A DNA stretch of 64,000 bases from Dendrobates tinctorius (Eukaryota). Position numbers and translations under genes: made by a program. Shown here one piece after another: positions 54,326 through 64,000 of the stretch. The stretch is from contig NW_027361869.1 of NCBI RefSeq assembly GCF_039654945.1, forward strand, positions 7,812,001 through 7,876,000, written 5' to 3'. The notes under the pieces are model-generated. The model searched no databases and was not told where the DNA came from. It saw only the letters and a program-made list of their open reading frames with translations. The stretch's first letter is position 1. Each line of letters opens with the position of its first letter.

Positions 54326-54467
54326 TTTATATACAGGAGAGACGGACCAGAGAGAGAACTGCAGAGATGACGCGCCCCAGGGCGGGGCTTACAGAATCCA
54401 CATGAGCTCCTCCCTTCCTCTGCTGTTTGGCTGAGCACAGAACTGTTCGAGAGTTTGAATTTCCCGC
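54326..54467 (-). promoter_or_regulatory. H4 promoter (TATA, GGTCCG H4 element, GC box, MYB-like/CHR/E2F element)
   Basis: TATATAAA at 54333-54326, GGTCCG at 54348-54343, GGGCGGGG at about 54380, CTGTT-CGAGAG-TTTGAA-TTTCCCGC at 54443-54467. Confidence 0.8.
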
Positions 54468-55618
54468 TCATTGTTCAGTTTCCCTTTTCTTTCCAGCTTG
54501 TAATATAATGTCACTTCTTCCCCTGTGATGAGAATTATTCCAGATTCAGCCTATAGATAAATGGGCAGCACAAATAGAGGGGAGCAGACACGGCCCCAGT
54601 ATATGTCAGGAGGACAGAACAGACTGTAACCACAGATATTACAGGCAGCCGCCCAGGGGATCTCACACCGGTAGATACACTGCCTGATATAAGGCTCAGT
54701 CCTCAGTAATCACAGGATCTCCGGTTTTCATAGAGAATATTACATTTATATTAACCCCAGGGCTAAGCCCTCTCTGCCTTTATTCAGGTCTTATATTCCC
54801 GCATTAGGGACATTTGTGCTATGATAGGAGTCATCATTACTTCCGGCAATTATGACACTATTGTCCTTATATTTGTGTTTTCTTCTTCCCCTGGCAATGA
54901 TTCTTTTTTCCACCACATCATAGCTCACATTGCTGCAGAGTAGGGACCTGCTGTCAGCTACAATTAATTAGGAAAAACAATTATTAACATAATGACAGAA
55001 AAGGCTGAAAATCAGAGCTCAGCAGTGATCCTGACTGATCCCAGCCGCCAATATCGCCCCATATCCTGCAGTAATTATTTAAAAAACATCTGTGAGGAGG
55101 ATGTGATGGGAGATGATGTCATGACATGTCTGACCTAGAGGATCCTCACATCACAGTGTAATGTATTGTGCACTGAGCTCTCGGCAATCTTCTCTACATG
55201 ATCGCACATTTCCCATCACAGACCTCCTGCCTGGAGCTGCAGGTGGGATCTGCTTAGAAGAGCAGAATTGGTCTCCCCTGAAATGTCTCTTGTAGGATAC
55301 ATCTCTAGCCAATATATTGTCTCCACAATACTGATTATGACGAGAAAGGGAGATGTGATCGCCTGCAGGTCAGACACACGGGGCATCACAGCATCTGCCT
55401 AACGCGGATTCATTCTCTAACCAGGAACAGCTGCAGACTCCTGTATGGGATGTAAGCGACCAGCGACCTCTCAACACCTGCAGATTCCCCGACATCGCTC
55501 CGTCCTGGGACCGCGCGTTATATGGAGACAAAGAACAGAAAAAGCGGGAACTGCAAACGTGTCAACCATTGGGAACATTAGCTCCTCCCCTCCCTCTGCG
55601 GATTGGCTGAACACAGGA

Positions 55619-55643
55619 CGGTTAGGGGGTTTGAATTTCCCGC
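55619..55643 (+). promoter_or_regulatory. Composite MYB-like/CHR/E2F element in the H4-H2B spacer
   Basis: CGGTT-AGGGGG-TTTGAA-TTTCCCGC within a ~65-bp paralog of 54405-54468. Confidence 0.6.
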
Positions 55644-56143
55644 TGCTTCTAAAATGTCGTTACCGCTTCCCTTTACAGTGAAGACTCCAGCATAATCTCT
55701 AGATAAAACTGCACCGACACAAATGTCTCCTGTTATTTGAGGAAAAACACGAGAATCATGAACTAAGTGCAGAGAGGAAAATCGTCAGCTCACTGTCTGG
55801 TGCTGCATGGGGGAGAAAATTCAGTCTCAAAGCATCCCGGCTTAGAAAGTGTTATTAGTCATCATGGTGTATCATGAACTAAACCGAATCATGTTATACC
55901 AAATGAATGAGACCCCAGAATATCAAGATCTGTGGAGCAAGGGGTTAAAGAGTAATCCCTGAACACAGAGCAACTTATGGAGAAGTGACCAGGTTATTAT
56001 TTAGAAGGTCCTCGGTTCTCACAATCTCCTTGGTAGCATTCATCATCCCTACTTCCTTCACCTGTCACTTCCCGTCACTAGACGCAGAGACCCAGGCGGT
56101 GGAGCAGACAACTCGGGGAGACGGGAAAGGACACAGGAGCAGC

Positions 56144-56185
56144 CACAGCTCTGATGGAGATGGGGTGGTGGCTCTTAGAAGAGCC
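56144..56185 (-). terminator. H2B 3' stem-loop and HDE
   Basis: Minus strand GGCTCTTCTAAGAGCC (56185-56170), ACCACC, then CAGAGCTGTG. Confidence 0.93.
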
Positions 56186-56219
56186 TTTGGGGTGATGGCG
56201 GAGCAGCAGACTGAGCAGA

Positions 56220-57307
<1,088 letters not shown>

Positions 57308-57340
57308 GCGCTGCCGCCGATCTCTGTCCACAACACCAAA

Positions 57341-57382
57341 GGCTCTTCTAAGAGCCACCCACACCGTCGCCACAAGAGCTGA
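57341..57382 (+). terminator. H2A 3' stem-loop and HDE
   Basis: GGCTCTTCTAAGAGCC (57341-57356), ACCCA, then AAGAGCTGA at 57374-57382. Confidence 0.93.
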
Positions 57383-57665
57383 CGCCGCTGATCTCTGCGT
57401 GCTCACATGGGACTGACGTTAGACACCACGGGCTGCCGCCACCAGTTTGTAGGTTGGTGCCCATACACACTTGATTCCGGGGTTCAACACAAAACACGTG
57501 AGGATGCCCATGTCTGGGTTATCACATGAAGCCTCAGACCTGTGTGGGGAGAGGAGTCCTCGAATAGTCACAGGAAATGTCCCTCATTAGTGAATGTCTT
57601 GATACTCGGGCCCCTGACTCCGCTGTGGAGATTACATGCGGTTATCACGTCCCGGAGTATCGGGG

Positions 57666-60329
57666 GATGGCGGCCGGTGATTGTCCACATCAGTGACTGC
57701 TGCTCCTCCCGGAGGGCGATCCCGTGATGGCGGCTCTGGAGGGCCGGACTCTGCGCGGTTCTCTGTGTGACCGGATTGTGATGTCCGCTAATAATCCTCG
57801 GCGGAAGAAGAGCGGGAAGTTCAAATCCCCAAACGGATCCTGCGATCAGACAATGAGCGGGAATCCTCGGTTAAGCGCCGCCCTCAGCCTTCAGCGATGT
57901 ACATAGACGCCTTTCCTCCTCTGTTTAACCTCTTACTTGCCTTGTTCCTGCTGATCCCCTCTTATTTACCAGTGTTCATAGATGCGCCACCTTCATCTCA
58001 CATCGGGCTCCTCGAGAACATCTGCTGCTTATAGCCCCCTGTAATCAGTGCAGAAACAGCTGGGAGTCCCGATAATACTGTAAGTGACTGAGGAGATTGC
58101 GGCACGTGCAGATCGAGCTAATTGCCATCATTGGTGAAAAGTCCTAGAGCTACACAGAGGGTTAACCCCACATTAGTGTAGTGTAATTATCCGCAGGTTC
58201 ACTGAACAAATATTATGTAACAGAAGAAAATTAATTAAGCCAATAAACCACAAATCCTCCTGCTTTTCTGTAATTACTAAAAAAAAAAAAAGCACAGATG
58301 AAAACCTATGTACTGATGGGGGAGCGTGATAGGCGACGCGCTGGTTCCAGCATCAATGTGCTCTCCATCCGCATGCCATACTCCATACCCCGTCCCCCAT
58401 TTTTGGCCTGTATGATCAGTGCCACCACTTCACCCCTGCAGAGTTCTATAATGAGTGCCACCACCTCGTCCCTGCTGACCTGTATGTTCAGTGCCACCAC
58501 CTTTTCCCTGCAGAGCTGTATGTTCAGTGCCACCACCTTTACATGCAGAGCTGTATGATCAGTGCCACCACCTTTTCGCCGCAGAACTGTATAATCAGTG
58601 CCACCACATTGTCAACGCAAGCTGTATGATCAGTGCCACCACCTACTCCTTGCAGAGCTGTATGATCAGTGCCACCACCTAATCCCTGCAGAGCTTTTTG
58701 ATCAGTGCCACCACGTCATCCCCTCAGGGCTACCTGATTAGTGCCACCACCTTGTACACGCAAAGCTGTCTGATCAGTGCCACCACCTTGTCCACGAAAA
58801 GTTGTATGATCAGTGCCACCACCTCGTCTCTGCAGACCTGTATGATCAGTGCCACTACATCATCCCTGCAGAGCTTTATGATCAGTACCACCATCTTGTC
58901 CCAGCAGAGCTGTACGATCAGTGCCACCACCTATTCCCTGCAGAGCTGTATGATCAGTGCCACCACCTCCTCCCTGCAGAGCTGTATGATCAGTGCCACA
59001 ACCTCATCCCTGCAAACCAGTATGTTTAGTGCCACAACCTCCTCCCTGTAGAGCTGTCTGATCAGTGCCACCACCTTGTCCGCGCTGAGCTGTATGTTCA
59101 ATAACACCACCTTTTCCCTGCAGACCTGTGTGATCAGTGCCACCACCTTGTCGCCGCAGAACTGTATAATCAGTGCCACCACCTTGTCGCCGCAGAGGTG
59201 TATGATCAGCGTCACCAACTTTTCCCTGAAGAGCTGTATGATCAGTGCCACCACCTCATCCCTGCAGGGCTGTATGATCTGTGCTACTGAAACATCCCTG
59301 CAGAGTTGTATGATCGGTGCCACTACCTCATCCCTGCAGAACTGCATGATCAGTGCCACAACCTCATCACTGCAGAGCTGTATGATCAGTGCCAACATCT
59401 TGTCCCCACAAAGCTGTATCATAAGTGCCACCACTTTGTCCGAGCAGAGCTGTATGATCAGTGCCATCAAATTATCCCGGGAGAGCTCTATTATCAGTGC
59501 CACCACCTACTCCCTGCAGAGCTGTATGATCAGTGCCACCATCTCCTCCCTGAAAATCTGTATAATCAGTGCCACCACCTCCTCTCTGCAGAGCTGTATG
59601 ATCTGTGCCACCACCACATCCCTGCAAACCAGTATGTTCAGTGCGACAACCTCCTCCCTGCAGAGCTGTATAATCAGTGCCACCACCTTGTCTCTGCAGA
59701 GCTGTATGATTAGTGCCACCACCTGGTCCTTGCAGAGCTGTATGATCAGTAACACCACCTTGTCGCCGCAGAGGTGTATGATCAGTGCCACCACCTCATC
59801 CCTGCAGGCTGTATGATCTGTGCTACTGAATCATACCTGCAGAGCTGTATGATCGGTGTCACTACCTCATCCCTGCAGAACTGCATGATCAGTGCCACCA
59901 CCTTGTCCCCACAAAGCTGTATCATAAGTGCCACCACTTTGTGCGAGCAGAGCTGTATGATCAGTGTCACCAACTTTTCCCTGCAGAGCTGTATGATCAG
60001 TGCCATCACCTCATCCCTACAGGGCTGTATGATCTGTTCTACTGAATCATCCCTGCAGAGCTGTATGATCGGTGCCACTACATCATCCCTGCAGAACTGC
60101 ATAATCAGTGCCACGACCTCGTCACTGCAGAGCTGTATGATTAGTACCACCACCTTGTGGCCGCAGAGGTGTATGATCAGTGCCACCTCCTCGTCCCTGC
60201 AGAGCTGTATGATCTGAGCCACTATCTCATCCCTGCAGAACTGCATGATCAGTGCCTCCAACTTATCCCTAAAGAGATGTATAATCAGTGCAACCACATT
60301 ATCCCCGCAAAGCTGTATGATCAGTGCCA
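57666..60329 (+). repeat. Segmental duplicate, copy 2
   Basis: Near-identical to 4987-7649. Confidence 0.93.
57812..57836 (-). promoter_or_regulatory. Composite MYB-like/CHR/E2F element downstream of H2A
   Basis: Minus strand reads CCGTT-TGGGGA-TTTGAA-CTTCCCGC. Confidence 0.55.
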
Positions 60330-63300
60330 CCACCTTGTCCCTGCTGAGCTGTATAATCAGTGCCACCACGTCCTCCCTGCTGAGCTGTATGATCAGTGCC
60401 ACCACCTCCTCCCTGCAAAGCAGTATGATTAGTGCCACCACCTCGTCACTGCAGAACTTTATGATCAGTGCCACCACATATTCCCTTCAGAGCTGTATGA
60501 TCAGTGCCACCACCTCCTCTCTGCAGAGCTGTATGATCAGTACCACCACCTTGTCGCCTCAGAGGTGTATTATCAGTGTCACCACCTTGTCCCCGCAGAG
60601 CTGTATGATCAGTGCCACCTCCTCGTCCCTGCAGAGCTGTATGATCAGTGCCACCACCTGGTCCTTGCAGCACTGTGTGATCTGTGCCACTACCTCATCC
60701 CTGCAGAGCTTTATGATCAGTGTCACCACCTCTTCCCTACAGAGCTGAATGATCAATGCCACCACCTACTCCCTGCAGAGCTGTAAGATCAGTGACACAA
60801 CCTTGTCCCTACAGAGCCTTATGATCAGTGCCACCGCCTCCTCCCCATAGAGCTGTATGATCAGTGCAACCACCTCATCCCTACAGAGCTGTATCATCAG
60901 TGCCACCACCTATTCCCTTCAGAGCTGTATGATCAGTGTCACCACCTCCTCTCTGCAGAGCTGTATGATCAGTACCACCACGTTGTCGCCGCAGAGGTGT
61001 ATTATCAGTGCCACCACCTTGTCTCCACAGAGCTGTATGATCAGTGCCACCTCCTCGTCCCTGCAGAGCTGTATGATCAGTGGCTCCAACTTATCCCTAA
61101 AGAGATGTATAATCAGTGCAACTACATTGTCCCCACAAAGCTGTATGATCAGTGCCAACACCTCTTCTTTGCAGAGCTGTATGATCAGTGTCACCACCTC
61201 TTCCCTGCAGAGCTGTATAATCAGTGACACCACCTCATACCTGCAGAGCTGCATGATTAGTGCCACCATCTTATCCACACAGAGCTGAATGATCAATGCC
61301 ACCACCTACTCCCTGCAGAGTTGTAAGATCAGTGAGACAACCTTGTCCCTGCAGAGCCTTATGATCAGTGCCACCGCCTCCTCACCACAGAGCTGTATGA
61401 TCAGTGCCACCTCCTCGTCCCTGCAGAGCTGTGTGATCTGTGCCACTACCTCATCCCTGCAGAGCTGTATGATCTGAGCCACTAACTCATCCCTGCAGAG
61501 CTGTATGATCAGTGCCACAACCTCATCCCTGCAGAGCTGCATGATCAGTGGCTCCAACTTATCCCTAAAGAGATGTATAATCAGTGCAACCACATTGTCC
61601 CCGCAAAGCTGTATGATCAGTGCCAACACCTCGTCCTTGCAGAGCTGTATGATCAGTGCCACCATCTTATCCACACAGAGCTGAATGATCAATGCTACCA
61701 TATCCTCCCTGCAAAGCTGTATAATCAGTGCCACCACCTCCTCTCTGCAGAGCTGTATGATCAGTGCCACCACCTCATCCCTGCAGAGCTTTAAGATCAG
61801 TGCCACCACCTGGTCCTTGCAGAGCTGTATGATCAGTACCACCACCTTGTCGCCGCAGAGGTGTATGATCAGTGCCACCACCTCATCCCTGCAGGGCTGT
61901 ATGATCTGTGCTACTGAAACATCCCTGCAGAGCTGTATGATCTGTGCCACTACCTCATCCCAGCAGAACTGCATGATCAGTGCCACAACCTCGTCACTGC
62001 AGAGCTGTATGATCAGTGCCACCATCTTGTCCCCACAAAGCTGTATCATAAGTGCCACCACTTTGTCCGAGCAGAGCTGTATGATCAGTGCCATCAAATT
62101 GTCCCCGCAGAGCTGTATGATCAGTGCCACCACCTACTCCCTGCAGAGCTGTATGATCAGTGCCACCATCTCCTCCCTGCAAAGCTGTATAATCAGTGCC
62201 ACCACCTCCTCTCTGCAGAGCTGTATGATCTGTGCCACCACCTCATCCCTGAAAACCAGTATGTTCAGTGCGACAACCTCCTCCCTGCAGACCTGTATGA
62301 TCAGTGCCACCACCGTGTCGCCACAGAACTGTAAATCAGTGCCACCACCTTGTCACCGCAAAGTTGTATGATCAGTGCCACCACTTTGTCCGAGCAGAGC
62401 TGTATGATCAGTGCCACAACCTCATCCCTGCAGAACCACATGATCAGTGCCTCCAACTTATACCTAAAGAGATGTATAATCAGTGCAACCACATTGTCCC
62501 TGCAGAGCTGTATGATCAGTGACACCACCTCTTACCTGCAGAGCTGCATGATCAGTGCCACCAACTACTCCCTGCAGAGCTGTATGATCAGTGCCACCAC
62601 CTTATCCACACAGAGCTGTATAATCAGTGCCACCTCCTACTGCCTGCAGAGCTGTATGATCAGTGCCACCATCTAATCCCTGCAGAGCTGTATAATCAGT
62701 GCCACCACCTCGTCTCTGCAGTGCTGTATGATTAGTGCCACCACCTGGTCCTTGCAGAGCTGTATGATCATTACCACCACCTTGTCGCCGCAGAGACGTA
62801 TGATCAGTGTCACCACCTTGTCCCTGCAGGTCTGTAGGATCTGTGCCACCACCTATTCCCTTCAGAGCTGTATGATCAGTACCACCACCTTGTCGCCGCA
62901 GAGGTGTATGATCAGTGTCACCAACTTTTCCCTGCAGAGCTGTATGATCAGTGACACGCCACCACCTCATCCCTGCAGGCTGTATGATCTGTGCTACTGA
63001 ATCATCCCTGCAGAGCTGTATGATCGGTGCCGCTACCTCATCCCTGCAGAAGTGCATGATCAGTGCCACCACCTTGTCCCCACAAAGCTGTATGATAAGT
63101 GCCACCACTTTGTGCGAGCAGAGCTGTATGATCAGTGCCATAAAATTGTCCCCGCAGAGCTTTATGATCAGTGCCACCACCTACTCCCTGCAGAGCTGCA
63201 AGATCAGTTCAACCACCTCATCCCTGCAGAGCTGTATCTTCAGTGCCATCACCTCATACCTGTAGAGCTGTATGATCAGTGCCACTACCTCATTCCTGCA

Positions 63301-64000
63301 AACCAGTATGTTCAGTGCCACAACCTCCTCCCTGTAGAGCTGTCTGATCAGTGCCACCACCTTGTACACGCTGAGCTGTATGTTCAGTGCCACCACCTTT
63401 CCATGCAGAGCTGTTTGCTCAGTGCCACAACCTCCTCCCTGCAGAGCTGTACGATTAGTACCTCCACCTCATCCTTGTAGAGCTTTAAGATCAGAGCCAC
63501 CACCTTGTCCACGCTGAGCTATATGTTCAGTGCCACCACCTTGTCCCCGCAAAGCTGTATCATAAGTGCCACCACTTTGTCCGAGCATAGCTGTATGATC
63601 AGTGCCATCAAATTGTCCCCACAGAGCTGTATGATCAGTGCCACCATCTGCTCCCTGCAAAGCTGAATAATCAGTGCCACCACCTCCTCTCTGCAGAGCT
63701 TTATGATCAGTGCCACCACCTGGTCCTTGCAGAGCTGTATGATCAGTACCAACACCTTGTCGCCGCAGAGGTGTATGATCAGTGTCACCAACTTTTCACT
63801 GCAGAGCTGTATGATCAGTGCCACCACCTCATCCCTGCGGGGCTGTATGATCTGTGCTACTGAATCATCCCTGCAGAGCTGTATGATCGCTGCCACTACC
63901 TCATCCCTGCAGAACTGCATGATCAGTGCCACAACCTCGTCACTACAGAGCTGTATGATCAGTGCCACCACCTTGTCCCCACAAAGCTGTATCATAAGTG
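58408..64000 (+). repeat. 36-bp satellite, next array (runs past the window end)
   Basis: Same unit and orientation; starts after the same leader sequence as at 5728. Confidence 0.98.

Overview
Vertebrate genomic DNA, probably a frog (inferred from the transposon types and histone sequences). It holds one replication-dependent histone quintet, H1(+) H3(+) H4(-) H2B(-) H2A(+) at about 49.0-57.4 kb, embedded in very long arrays of a 36-bp tandem repeat (about 34 kb of the window, roughly 950 units by length). The most striking observation is that the 36-mer is the histone H1 pre-mRNA 3'-processing signal itself: the 3' arm of the stem-loop, the ACCA cleavage context, the spacer and the U7 snRNA-binding downstream element AGAGCTGTA. 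A 7-unit array starts inside the H1 stem-loop, and hundreds of same-strand copies fill the space between clusters. A near-identical 2.7 kb duplication suggests a cluster-plus-satellite period of about 52.7 kb. The array carries an L2 LINE with a 2A-like motif, a chromodomain Gypsy (Tf1/sushi-type) element with a self-priming site, a solo LTR of the same insertion, three relics of a collapsed histone cluster (H3 tail fused to the array leader), and Penelope-like inserts with a hammerhead-like core. An L1 with an intact ORF2 lies at the left end. The histone spacers carry a repeated fixed-spacing MYB-CHR-E2F element. The many 12-aa-periodic ORFs are by-products of the satellite. All alignments and counts were made by eye.
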